DNA from: Neoechinorhynchus agilis
Taxonomy: Eukaryota > Animalia > Acanthocephala
Direction of reading: 5' to 3'
NCBI GenBank assembly: GCA_051530055.1
Contig: CM121342.1
Span: forward strand, 8,571,480 to 8,635,479
Length of the DNA stretch: 64,000 nt
Both the position numbers and the translations under genes were made by a program. The notes under the pieces are model-generated. The model saw only the letters and a list, made by a program, of their open reading frames with translations, did no database searches and was not told the DNA's origin. The stretch's first letter is position 1; the number at the start of each line of letters is the position of its first letter. This document shows, piece by piece, positions 1 through 12,088 of this stretch.

Positions 1-1
1 A

Positions 2-1270
2 GTTTTAACGAGTGAATCCGTTTCAATCTGCGAAAAGCAACTACTCCACTCTGCCTTCTCAAACCACCATCCCCGTTGCTTGATCCTATGTTCAGAGTCT
101 ACATGTATCCTAAAAGACGTTCGATCACCGAACCGATGTTTAAAGCTCTTTTCTAAAAACGACGTTACAAATGGACAGCACGAATATATCCGATCAATTG
201 GACGCCACTACAATACGAGTGATTCTTTTATCCAATGGTTTGCGTTCGACTCCAACTTTAGTGCGTTTGATATTCGTTATTCTAAAACGTGCCAACCGTG
301 GTATGCTTCAGCCCATCAACTTCTTTATCCGCCTCATCTTATGAGCTATCTTCCTCTCCCAAACAATAACTCCCTTGTGATACTCAGTGACGGACAGGAC
401 GTCTGTCTTCATAGATTGTCCGAGAAATACGGCCTCCAGCATCGTATTATTCCCGATATCCGTCTTACATCGGCTTCAGATTTGACAAGTGGATACAGCC
501 AACTTTTAAGACCGAAGCACACTAACTCTGCAGTCGAAGAGTGTGTAAACTGCTGGACTTTGACGAATGACCACGCCGTTGTTAAAAATAGTTTCCCGAT
601 TTCCGGAATGGATGTCATCTGCTCCGACAAACGAGTCGCGATATTTCTTTCATTAGAGAGAATCGGTATGGGACTTCACTTATTGGATATTGAGAACATC
701 GACATCCGTGCTGGTGAAGATGATAATGAGGTTTTGGGTGGAAATTTGCAATTGGCGGACAATTGGGTAGGGCCGGAATACAATGGAACGAAAAAGGAGT
801 GGCCTCCCGATTACCTGAGAGAACTGTTGGCTTTTTTCACTAACTATACCGATCTAACAGACCATGACGAGCAAATAAATGGATCAGTCGATTGCTTGTT
901 TCCGGTCACAATTGTTGACGAACATTACACTCCTACGATTGATCCATGTTTGAGCAAATTTATTCCGATTTGGGATTTGAGGAATGCCAGTTTAAGCGCT
1001 GATTACATGCGTAAGTATTCGAAGGATACTTTAGTAGAGAAGTTAATGAAGCAATCCAAGGGTCATTGTTGTCCTTCGAGGTATAAAGAAACCGACGATG
1101 GTAAACCACTTCTATCTTACGAGGCAATAATTGACGAGAATTTAAAATACATCAGGGAAATCAGCAAACAGGCTTCAGAGGTGGACGACCGGATTGTTTT
1201 AAGGATATTGCGCCCATGGTTTGAAAAATCAGCCGAATTGAAATTAAACTTTATTGACTCTGAAGACTGA
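2..1270 (+). CDS. Uncharacterised protein, 3-prime part (reading frame is open back to the window edge)
   Basis: 396-aa ORF 80..1270; the same frame has no stop from position 2, so the gene probably starts upstream. No family recognised. Confidence 0.6.
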   Translation, partial: VLTSESVSICEKQLLHSAFSNHHPRCLILCSESTCILKDVRSPNRCLKLFSKNDVTNGQHEYIRSIGRHYNTSDSFIQWFAFDSNFSAFDIRYSKTCQPWYASAHQLLYPPHLMSYLPLPNNNSLVILSDGQDVCLHRLSEKYGLQHRIIPDIRLTSASDLTSGYSQLLRPKHTNSAVEECVNCWTLTNDHAVVKNSFPISGMDVICSDKRVAIFLSLERIGMGLHLLDIENIDIRAGEDDNEVLGGNLQLADNWVGPEYNGTKKEWPPDYLRELLAFFTNYTDLTDHDEQINGSVDCLFPVTIVDEHYTPTIDPCLSKFIPIWDLRNASLSADYMRKYSKDTLVEKLMKQSKGHCCPSRYKETDDGKPLLSYEAIIDENLKYIREISKQASEVDDRIVLRILRPWFEKSAELKLNFIDSED

Positions 1271-1893
1271 ATCAAAAATGTGTGCTACTTTGGGCGTATT
1301 TTGTGTTTTATGGTAAATTTGCATAAATGTCGCAAATATGGGGTCAAGTATCTTTAAACTTTGAGTACTATCGAATGTGTTTTTTCTCTCTTTCTTTAAT
1401 TGCTGTGAAAAATGCCGTTTATTGCTTATTCAGATATAAGTAACTTCTTAATTAGAAAATAGTCGCTCATTTATGTTTCCTTATTTCCCTTTTCTAAGAT
1501 TTTGTTACTGTTATTTAAATATTCTTCATAAAAAAGAAGAGACATTTCTAGCTGTCCCCCGTCCAACCAGAATTTTGATTTTAAACTATTAAATACCCGA
1601 AACGCACTTCTCTCTTTTTTGTCTAGATTGTAAGTCGTCCCGGAATTTTAAACTCGGAACTGGAGAAACACTCATTTGCGATGACTGTTTTTTCCGCATG
1701 CCGTCTAGAAGTTTTGAACATTCGCTGCTATGCACGAAGGTGACTGCATCCACTTCACAAAGATTAGTCATTTGAACACAAGCGACCCACACACACTAAA
1801 TACGCCTCTGCTTGCATCGAATAAAGTACAAGATTTTTACTCATTCCATCCTCAAAAAATCTCTTTGCTTTTCCAAGCGACCTTTCACTCAAA

Positions 1894-2532
1894 ATGAACA
1901 GAGCATGGGAAACATACGGCCCGATCGGCCTCTGCCTGGGCTGCATGCTTATGCCACTTGGTTTAATTCTTCAAGCATTAGAAATCGCTAGAATCTACCG
2001 CGGTCCAGCCAACCGTGATTTCGTCAATTTCACTAATAGCGATGGATACCGCCCGAGTGAACTTTTTGGAGGAGACCAGTTCAGTACCATCAATCAGAGA
2101 CATACGATGTGGCCATGGAGTTTTCCTGGAATTTGGTTAGGGATTTTAGCGTTCTTCACGGCTCTGATGGGATGTATTTCCGCTCGAAGAAGGACCTATG
2201 GAAGCATTCTAGGGATGGCTGTCCTTGCTCTCGTGACATTCCTATTGTCAACGTTCGTGATCGCATATTACTCGATCATCATAAACTTCTACAACAGTAG
2301 ACGTAACGTTCAATTCCCTTATACTCAATCCCAAACCTTAGGACGTCGTTTGGCCGGAGCAGGTTTAGCTTTCTCAATATTTACAATGTTGGCATCACTG
2401 CTCGCGGCTTGTCTCGGAGGTGGTAGCATTGCAATGTGTACACCCAAAGGGAGAATTGCTCCACGTATACCGAGAGGTGTTCCTCGATTCGGTCCAAGAG
2501 TTGGTCCTGGTTATCCTCCCAGATTCCGATAA
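1894..2532 (+). CDS. Four-TM membrane protein, MS4A/CD20-like topology, Pro/Arg-rich tail
   Basis: Intronless 212-aa ORF with four hydrophobic stretches (GLCLGCMLMPLGLIL, GIWLGILAFFTALMGCI, ILGMAVLALVTFLLSTFVIAYY, LAGAGLAFSIFTMLASLLAACL). Family call is by topology only. Confidence 0.6.
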   Translation: MNRAWETYGPIGLCLGCMLMPLGLILQALEIARIYRGPANRDFVNFTNSDGYRPSELFGGDQFSTINQRHTMWPWSFPGIWLGILAFFTALMGCISARRRTYGSILGMAVLALVTFLLSTFVIAYYSIIINFYNSRRNVQFPYTQSQTLGRRLAGAGLAFSIFTMLASLLAACLGGGSIAMCTPKGRIAPRIPRGVPRFGPRVGPGYPPRFR

Positions 2533-2788
2533 TGGCACAAAAACACGCTGATCTACTCTAGCTTGTATAATTAAATGGACTGATGAGAATGTTGAATAAG
2601 GGCAGGGGAGGCACACCTGAGCGAACTCCACATACAACTCGGCGCGTAATTCTTAGTCGTTTCGCACTTCTTGCCAACAACATTGTCGGAATAAATGGCA
2701 GCAGGAGGGGGAGGAAAACCAATAAATCCTTTACTCCCGTCTTTTGGAGACAATAAAAAGAGATCGGCGTGAATTGAGAGCTTGATCA

Positions 2789-4472
2789 ATGAACAAGGCG
2801 TAAGTTGGGTTTTTCTTATGAGGCAAAAGTCCAATCTCTCTCGGGTTTTCCTAAAGAATTAGAGCATCTGAACGATACTTACTTGATCATCCAACGACCA
2901 TCTTCTCAATAAGGAAACATGTGTATGTAACTCCTGCCGCAATAATTGGTCTATTTAGCCTTTCGCTCATTTTATACGGCTTCCTAACACCTTACTGGCT
3001 TCAAATCTGGTATGGAATCGACGATAGTCCATTCAAACACATCGGTCTTTGGCAAGCTTGTTTCTCGGGAATCAGACATCCACTGGATTTTTATCTAAGA
3101 CGATTCTATCATGGGTGCTGGTGGTTCTACTCGTATGAATTCGCGAAGTTCAGATTAAACGAGTTTTTACTGCCCAGTTAGTTATACATCGTTTTATCGA
3201 TTTCGCTGCTTAGGTCTATTCATCAGGCTGGCTCGTCGCTGCACAAGCACTCGGAACTTTTGCCCTTTTAATGGACGTTATCAGCCTCTTTGCTATATTG
3301 TGGCTCATTAATGGAATGTGGAAAAAAGAAAAGTCTATTCTAGTCGAACGATTACTGCGTATTGTGCCCATTCTATACTTGACAACAGGTAAGATCGTTT
3401 CATACTTTTCGTGATCAATAAATGCCGGAAAATGAATTGGTTATTTTTTTCTAAAAAGAATTACCCGTTCTAATAATTTTCTATTACTTCAAATTGCTAC
3501 ATTTTCTCTATTCACTTTTGTCCTCAATAATGAATTCAATAAGGCCTCTAAAAACTATACCGAATTTATTATGCATCTTAGAGAATAGAATTTAATTTCT
3601 TTAAGGTTGGTTTTTAAGTTTTTAATCAGAAAGTCATTGCATTTTTTCTAAGAGCTATTAGCAGTTAATAAAAGTATAAAATGATAAATCTACTTTTCAA
3701 TATAAATGTTGTAAATGCCACCAAAGCTGTTTTTAGAATCCACAGTGACATCTTTAGTGCTCTCAAAATCTAACCAACGCGGTTGTTAGCTATTTTTCCT
3801 TCAAATTCCAAGCTAAAAACGTGAGCTCTTGTATAGAACGTGACAGCTCATATAAAATTATTTTTGTCGAAGATTATTTTGCTCTCCTTACATTAAACGT
3901 TGTTTAAAAAGAATGTTTTTTTTGTCAATTTCTAAGTAGAACGCAAACAAATAGCGATCTGACGAATCCATTTTTTGATCTCTAAAGCAACAGACACGAT
4001 CCCTCATAAAATGAAGTGCAAGAAGTTTGGCCCTTCTATTTTATACCACACATAATAATTCCTTTTATTTACTTTTGAAGTTTCCCTTTAGGAATACTGG
4101 CGTTATCGTCTTCATTAGTGTTCAGTTTTAATGCAAGAAAAGTCAGAAGTCAACCGAATAGAATGAAAGAGGTCGTTAATGTACCTCACAATGAAGTGAT
4201 CAATAATATCCAAAAGCGAGCATGGATTCCCAAATCCGAATATTCGTTTTTGTCTTATTCGTTCATAACAATGATATTAGGGGCATTCTGTTCAATGGTA
4301 GCGGGTAGATCGGCAACTTTTTTCGCTTCTTAAAATAACAACCAAAAAATCAACAGGGATACTTGTATTTTGTGAACATCGAATGAAGATTATCAAACGT
4401 TTGAAGGCACAACCGCTCAAAAGACAAAGGCAACGAGAAAGATCTTCTTCAAAAATCACACAAAACACTTAA
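2789..4472 (+). CDS. Invertebrate claudin-like (PMP22/claudin superfamily) septate-junction type protein
   Basis: Motifs PYWLQ, FKHIGLWQACF, GCWW, WIPKSEYSFLSYSF. Four canonical GT-AG introns (about 2800-2856, about 3177-3228, about 3389-4090, 4305-4356) give one open frame ending TAA 4470-4472. Confidence 0.8.
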
Positions 4473-6400
4473 CACAAAACTACTTTCAGATGCTACTTCT
4501 GTGTGTTTGGACGTACTTAAAGCTTGTAGCCAATACTTAAAACTTTTTTGCCGTTTTAAACCTTCGCTTATTTGTTTTGAACCGCACGCCAATGATCGAA
4601 TACTTTTCAGACAATTTAAGACTACCTCAACATTCGGACTCTTTAGAAGTACCAATAGTTTCAAGTAGTAACGATCCCGAATACAGACTCGAGTAACTGA
4701 CCGACTCTTGATTATTGATTCACACATTATTCTCAATAACACTGAACAATTTTCCAATATGCAATAGAATGAATTTGCGTTGATCATGGTTATGGATAAA
4801 AAAAGAAAATCAATGAAGGAGTGGTTGCGAATTAATTTCCATCTCGTTTGAGAATTGACACGACTCATTTCTATCAGAATTTCAAACACTTCTTGGAGTC
4901 TTGCATTGTTCCACACTGGTCGTTGAACTTGAAAGCAACAGAATTGAACTAGTTCAGAGTCCATGTGATGGTCACTTAAGATTTGATGTAGGCCGGGAAA
5001 TGGCGACGCAATTAGTTCTCTAAAGAACCGAATCGCCATTGATGATACTCGCTCATCTTTGTGGTTTATGAGACAAACAAACGCATGCAAACATTGAACC
5101 GAATTGAACGTTATAATGTGAGCGTTGTTGGCTATAAAACCTTTATCTCCTTGTGCGATTAGATTTGTAAGTATTTCTAACGATTTTACTATGATAGGTG
5201 AGCACGGGGATCGTTTTCCTCTTTGGCTACGTGAACATATCTCATCGATGAGTGAAGTAAACGTTTTTGTTGCCCCTAAATAAAAAAGCTAAATATTCTG
5301 ATGATCTTGAGTTGGATGTAGATCTTACCTAGAATCGATAACTTATCAATATTACCCCTCGAAGATGAAATGTGTCCACATGCGTCAATGTGTCTTTCCA
5401 AGTTACGAACTAAATTCAAGAAGATATGGAGGTAGATGCGATCAGGATTGAAAACTTATGAAAGGACGTCTTATGAACGCTTACAAATGATCGCTGCGCT
5501 CCGCCTCGATAATGTCCAGATTAACAAAAAAAATCGTGAAAATAAAAATAATTTTCGCACTTTTGTTTATCTTCCTTAAAAAGATGCCTTAATTCAACGC
5601 TTTAAAAAATTCAAAAAGTTTAAGATTGGAGCTAGCTATAATAAATACAAACGTTCCAATGATTGCCATTGTAAATTTCACTCCAAAAACCACGTCCGGA
5701 TTTAAAGAATAGAGTAAATAAACATTTACAGTGGTCTTTAAGGTTGCACAAAAAGAGATTGATGCAATCCTAAGTTCTCTACAATGACAAATTAACCGTT
5801 AATGGCTTGGGATACTGAATATCTGCACTTTTACAATTACATCGGATAAATATTTAGTAATGATAGAGTTAATAAAGCTTTTTCTTTTATCTAGCCGTAG
5901 TGCTCTAAAGTATTAAAATTATAATGTTTTTTGCTGAGAAGCAACTATCTTTTTGGTGTGATTAAAAAAATAAAGTGTGACATCCTTTGTGTACCCGCTC
6001 ACCTTGCTTCCGTCCGACGATTTTATCCCGGATTCGATTTATGCGCCGGATAGCACTCAGATGAGCGTTTATTCGGCATTCTACTTCATTACCGTGATTT
6101 GATAGTAGATCCGCGAGTAAATTCTCTGCCTTGACATACAATTCATTGTCCAGATTTCCGGATGTGACAATCTCGATCAAAACACTGACAAATCCTGGAC
6201 GAGTACAAGAAATATTGGATTTAAGCTCCAAACCTTCTGACGTACCGAGATCTTTTATAACCGAATTCCATTCTTTATGTGAAGATATTTCTGATATAGT
6301 CTGGATAACATGTTCAGTTGGATACTTGCTGAGTTCCAGAGCACTGGAAATCGCAAAACAGTTGGAGTCCACCATATTTTGTCGGTTTAACTTTTTTTTC
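4449..6400 (-). CDS. Armadillo-repeat protein resembling the APC ARM domain, short and divergent; 5-prime end unresolved
   Basis: ORFs 5962..6375 and 4449..5090 are joined through two small canonical introns and one non-canonical insert. LLKSPNVEVVLNCLKSIRSLA...STSKHTEVASESSFVL resembles APC ARM repeats (LKSHSLTIVSNACGTLWNLSA...HSKHKMIAMGSAAAL, from memory). Confidence 0.55.
5525..5973 (-). other. Candidate non-GT/AG gene-interrupting insert (449 bp) with TTA direct repeat
   Basis: CAC ACT TTA|TTTTTTTAATC ... GATTTTTTTTG|TTA ATC TGG gives GCHT-LIWTLS in frame. The terminal pairing is weak. Confidence 0.45.
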
Positions 6401-7366
6401 AGATTAATCGAAATACGAGCTTCGTTTAACTGCCACTATGGCGCACATCAGCCGTCTTTGCTGTTGAATCAGCAGAATGCCTGTAATTTACATTACGAAA
6501 TTAGATTATCATATTCAGGAATGGAAAGCTGCGCACTACGGGGTCCAATATGAAGCTCCATGTTCCTAGTCTTTGAAATGTATCTTTTAATCAATAGCGT
6601 AGACAAGTTGTCTCAAAGTAAGAGCGTTTCCCTATATGGCGCTCTTGTTCCTAGTCCATTGCGATGATGAAATATGGATTCGGCAACGAAGACAGGAGAT
6701 GGATGTTATCTTCTCTTTTTAATGATCGAAAAAACCTGTGGTTGAGAATGAAAAGCATGGAAACTACAGCTTTTATATGAGCCGTTTTTTAGTTTTAAAT
6801 CTTTTCTTATTCGTAAGGTCTGCCGTTCTTCCTAAATTTTCTAATTTTAACTTGAAAATCTATGGTTTGTCATTGCATTTGAGGATAAGAATTAAAACTG
6901 TTTTTTGGTCAGTGTACTATTAATCTTGATTCGATTAGTCAATCAGGTGACGTGAATGGGTTTAGGATATTCACTTTTTATACCAACTATTATTATTGCA
7001 TTTAAAAATGGTTTTGCGCACAAACGGGAAACGACTTTCTTGCTAAATTATTAAATCACAAGTTTATTCAAAAATGAGGATACCTATTTTTTGGGAATAT
7101 TCTATTCTTCGGATAAAGTTAATCTTAATGATTAAACACAACTTATTAAATAGCAGTTTGTTGAACTTTCAAAGAATGGTTTCAATTGGAGCACTAACTT
7201 TCGCTTTTTAAACAAGGTTTTGCCGGTTTTATCCATAAACGCATTTTAATCTAGTATTTTTGAATTCTGAACAAAAGTTTGTCGATTTTAGCATGGAGAA
7301 AAACTGACCAGTTAACTTAATCGTGGATGATCACTGCAATGGTCGACTTTTTCAAGTGTAAATCAA

Positions 7367-7518
7367 GTTATACACGGCTGAACTTGGGCACACAGCCCAC
7401 TGATCTGGGTCAGGGAAGCGCTGCTCTGCGCTAAGGGGGAAACTCATTGAAGAGTCCCGCTTCAGGAGGGCGCAGACCAGCACTTCCCCGACCAAATTAA
7501 ACTACTGATAAGTGTAAC
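7367..7518. mobile_element. GC-rich hairpin MITE-like element
   Basis: Internal 24-bp inverted repeat (ggtcagggaagcgctgctctgcgc / gcgcagaccagcacttccccgacc, 21/24). Its left end recurs at about 41257. Confidence 0.6.
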
Positions 7519-8795
7519 CGGCTGATCCACTAATAAGATAAAAATATTGTTTTTCTTCACCTTCATTTAAGCAACCAAAAGAAGGATCATTGAAAATCTT
7601 CTTTTCCAAGAAAATAGGAATAAGAATTATGTTGCAATTTGTCAGGAGAGTCGATTGCGGATAACAAATGCATACGCTAGATTACCTCCGTTTTAGCGTT
7701 AAAAAACGATTGCATCAGTCTCACAGCAAGCGTTTGATCATTTTTAAATGACAAAAATTTCGGAATTTCTTTAACGAAAATCCATTAATAAAATTAAAAT
7801 TTATAAATCTATTTTCTTTAGAACTTACCCAGTCAATGGACTGATTTTAGCTCCACTCCTTCGTTTAGTGCTTCTGTTTAGACAACACTCTCGTTTGTCT
7901 GCTTTAAACAAAGACGCTTACTGTCATTTCCCGGATGCCTTTCGTTCTAACAAGCGATGCAACCAGGAAACTCGGGTCCACATGGAAACATAAATGGAAT
8001 GGAAGTTCCGCTTCCATTCATGAAATTCAGTCTTTATGGCTCTAATTATTTTTTGATTGCTTTCGCGATGGCGCATAACCAATGAAGGACCAAGATGCGC
8101 TCAATCACGACCGCGTCGATAATACAGAAATTACGAAAATTCATTGCCATAAAGGGTTTAAAACCTATACGCACTTCCGTCAATATTAGCCCTCGAAATC
8201 CCGTTTGTTATTTTCAGTTTTAAATCGGATCCATACGATTTTCAGCCATTCTATAATTTTTATAGTGACAAAAAATATCCTGGACAAAAAGGGTTCCGTC
8301 CTGGTGTAATGATCAAAAGCACGGATTTAGCGTTCACAAAACTCTAAATCTTAAAACAGTATTAATGCAACCTTAAAAAACATTCATCAAATATATAAGG
8401 CCATTTTGTGATCTACTCTTGATCGAACTTATTTTATGCAAACCATAAAAAACGTAAATATCAAGATAACAAAAAAGAGAGGGAAATGCTACTTTGAGCA
8501 TTGAATAGGAAAACCAAATAAAGAATTGCCATAAGAACACTTAGCGAAAATAGGAAATTCGAAAGTACCGGTTTAAATAAACGATGGAACAATGCCTAGT
8601 AGCGAATCTATTAGAAATCATTACTTTTAACGTTATCAAACCGAAAGGAGGCGAAGAACCAAGCTAACAAAACTATTATTGTAAATACTCATTATGCGTC
8701 TAAAGCTCTTGAACCAATTTACTCAGCTGCGAATAAAAACATAAAGGAACCAGCGATATAAATTACTGTCTTGCTTCGGATGCTCTTATTATTCG

Positions 8796-8940
8796 TTTGA
8801 ACATTGAATTATTCAGCGTTTGTTTGTGGTGGTGGTAGTAGTGTCAGATATTTAGAAGGCACTCTCTGAAATATTGGACTTAATAAATTTCTTCAATTTT
8901 TCACCGCCATAAACAAACGCTGACTAATTCAATGTTCAAA
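8796..8940. mobile_element. Hairpin MITE (about 145 bp, about 39-bp terminal inverted repeats)
   Basis: tttgaacattgaattattcagcgtttgtttgtggtggtg pairs with caccgccataaacaaacgctgactaattcaatgttcaaa. A related copy lies at about 32605-32725. Confidence 0.75.
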
Positions 8941-9747
8941 TATATACGGCGGATTTATGGCGAATCTGCTTACCTGAAAGGCAATGGGAATGGAAGATCT
9001 TCAGTGTCTTTTAATAACTAACAACCTTGATAAAGGCGTACAAGATTGTGCCTCCGAAAACAATCGGATTTTATAAATTCCTTTTATTTTTAAACTATAA
9101 ACGAAGTTTTCATTATTTAGATCAAAGAAGCTTTAAATATGTTTCAATTTTGAGATTAAATGCATATTTTTGCCTGTTTTTTTAGGCGAGTCTGTATTTC
9201 TTGAAAGTTTCAAGTTAGCAGAACAGTAGTTTCGTTCACCTACATTTATCAATCGATCAGTATTGAGCTGATTACGCATTTAAGAGACAATTTTTTGTAG
9301 TTTCACGATTGGATAAACTCTGTAGTTTTCATTAACCTCACTGATGATCAGAAAACATCGAATTAGTAAACATTATTACAGATAAATGTGTGAAATTCCA
9401 ATTACTTTCAAATTCACTCATAAAGTTCTTTAATTTCAAAGTCAGAATCTGTGGTAGATTTTCGCCAAATGAAATTTACTCGCTCTCACTTAAAAAATCG
9501 CCACTAATCCCCCTTTTCTTTAGTTCACAATTAAAGATCTAAAAATAAACCGAAGAACCTTGAGAAAAAGATTTCCCTTACTCTCGCATTCGACCTGGAT
9601 AGACGCAGCATTCACAATTATGGATATTCCGCATTGTGTCTATCCATTTTTAGTGGCATTATTCCACCTCTGCTGCTCTTTTCCGCACAGGCAGACAAAT
9701 TGATGTCGCTTTTTCTCCATCAATCGGCTGTTCCGTTTTCATCCAAG

Positions 9748-11922
9748 ATGTTCATCATTCTTTTCTCGATTACTTTGAGCCGTGTAGCGTCAATCATAAA
9801 CGGGGCTTCGGATTCGGACATGCGACGGCTTCATGAACAGCTTTTTTCAAAATACAATAAAAACGTTTTACCTGTAAAAGATCCCCGAATTCCTATTGAG
9901 CTGCTACTCGGTTTAAAACTAGACCAGATTGTTGATATCGATGAACGAAATCAAGTTATGACGACGAACGTTTGGTTGATCCATGAGTGGACGGACGCGA
10001 AGATGACTTGGGATCCCAGTGAGTTCGGTGGACTCACACAAATAGAAGTTCCATCTTCGCTCCTTTGGATTCCTGACGTCGTCCTCTATAACAACGCTGA
10101 TGGAACATTCGTGGTGGATACAGTCAATTGGGCTCATGTGTTCTACAATGGAACTGTGAAATGGACAACTCCTGTGACCTATAAAAGTCAATGCGATATC
10201 AACATCCAATATTATCCATTCGATATCCAGAATTGCACTCTGAAATTCGGCGTCTGGTCTCATGGGAAGAAGCAAATCATTCTAAGACATTTGTCGTATC
10301 AGGTTGTTGCTAATCCTGGTGTTGAGCTAAGTGCTTATGAAGAAAGTATAGAATGGGATCTACTGTCTGTCCCTGCCATCAGGCATGAAATCGAGTACGA
10401 ATGCTGTCCTGGAGATGCGTTTATGGACGTTACTTTTTGTATAGAAATCAGACGAAAAAGTCTGTTTTAAAATGAAGGAAAACAAAGGAGGGTGTTACTC
10501 TCAATTTTTGGTGAAAGTAGAATGTGAATCCTCCTAATTTTAATCAATATGTTTTTTCTCTTAAACTTTAAAAATGTACCAAATCAATTTTACCCATCAT
10601 GGAATGTTCTTAGAAAATTAATTCCAAATACATCAAAATCCCAAGTGTTTTTTTAGGTACTCAACCGGTAAAATATTTTTTTAATTAAAGAACTTCTGCA
10701 AACCTCGTCAGATTCATCATGAGTTTTTAGTCATTAAAAGGGTCTTAAGCGTTTTTTAATAACTAAAAAACTGTTGATGAACCCACGGTGAGATTCGCAA
10801 AACGTCTTTAATAAACTCTTAACCGAGTGAAGACTTTATAAATCGCACACTTCTAATCTTTATTGGCCTTCTCACATCAACATTTTGAGCGTTTTCATTA
10901 GAATTATTGCTTTAGAAGTCTTACCCGGTTAAGAGTTTATTAAAGACGTCCTGCAAACCTCGTCAGATTCATCATGAGTTTTTAGTCATTAAAAGGGTCT
11001 TAAGCGTTTTTTAATAACTAAAAAACTGTTGATGAACCCACGGTGAGATTCGCAAAACGTCTTTAATAAACTCTTAACCGAGTGAAGACTTTAAAAATAG
11101 CACCGCCCCCGCGGTACCTCCTCACAAAAACCCACATTCAAATCCGACTTTCCAATTTCACATTAAATTCAAATCTTTGGATTTTCTTCGTATACACTGT
11201 CAACTTGGTTGCTCCATGCGTTTGCATCGCCTTCTTAGCAATAATGGTATTCCACTTGCCCAGTGCAAGTGGAGAGAAAATGACATTGGCCATTTCAATA
11301 ATGGTTGCACTCCAAGTCTTCTACTTGCTAATGATTGAGATCTTACCATCGACCTCCGTTCATGTGCCACTTTTAGGAAAATATTTACTATTCACGTTCG
11401 TCTTTGTAAACATTTCAATCCTGCTAGCACTTATAATCTCGAATATCCATTTTCGTGATCCTAAAATGCACCCATTGCCACCATGGGCCCGAAGAATGTT
11501 CTTTCAAACACTCCCACCGTGGCTGTTAATGGACAAACCCGCTCTGCCTGTCGATTTCGAATCTAACGTGTGAGATATTCTCTCATTTGCGCTTAAAGAG
11601 AACATCTTTTGTTAATACTGATCAGAATGCCAAGGATTTTGAACTAACGGAATCCATAAAAGACTCATATCATAGCTATGCAAATGAACTGGATGTGATT
11701 AAACGGAACTTTAGACTGATCCAAGAAGAGAAAATGTCCGAACTAAATGACAAAATCGTGGCTGAAGGATGGGCTTATGTCGCCCTCGTTCTAGATCGAA
11801 TATTTCTTATTATTTACACATTTACATTTCTTGTAGGAACGACAATTTGCTTGTTAAGTGCGCCCGCCCTCTATGACTCAAGAAATCCATTGTCCAGCGC
11901 GTCTGTGATTGGAAATCAATAA
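9748..11922 (+). CDS. Nicotinic acetylcholine receptor alpha subunit
   Basis: Signal peptide, WIPDVVLYNNAD, Cys-loop CDINIQYYPFDIQNC, vicinal cysteines YECCPG, M1-M3 in ORF 11082..11573 and M4 in 11587..11922. One canonical 31-nt intron before RTSFV and one non-canonical insert at 10468-11192. Confidence 0.92.
10468..11192 (+). other. Non-GT/AG insert (725 bp), TA direct repeat, imperfect terminal inverted repeat
   Basis: CTG TTT|TAAAATGAAGGAAAACAAAG ... CTTTGGATTTTCTTCGTA|TAC ACT GTC; removal restores RRKSLF-YTVNL. Confidence 0.75.
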
Positions 11923-12088
11923 CAATTTACTTGTTGTTCTAAAAGTGGGGTGTGAAAATAATCCCGGTTAAATATTCCTTTATTATTATGAAATATTTCG
12001 AAAGAGGAAACCTTACCTCATTAGTTATCTGAACAAGTTTGTGTAGTAGTTCTTTTTTTTGTTTGGTCTTGTAAACTCGGGCTAGAAT

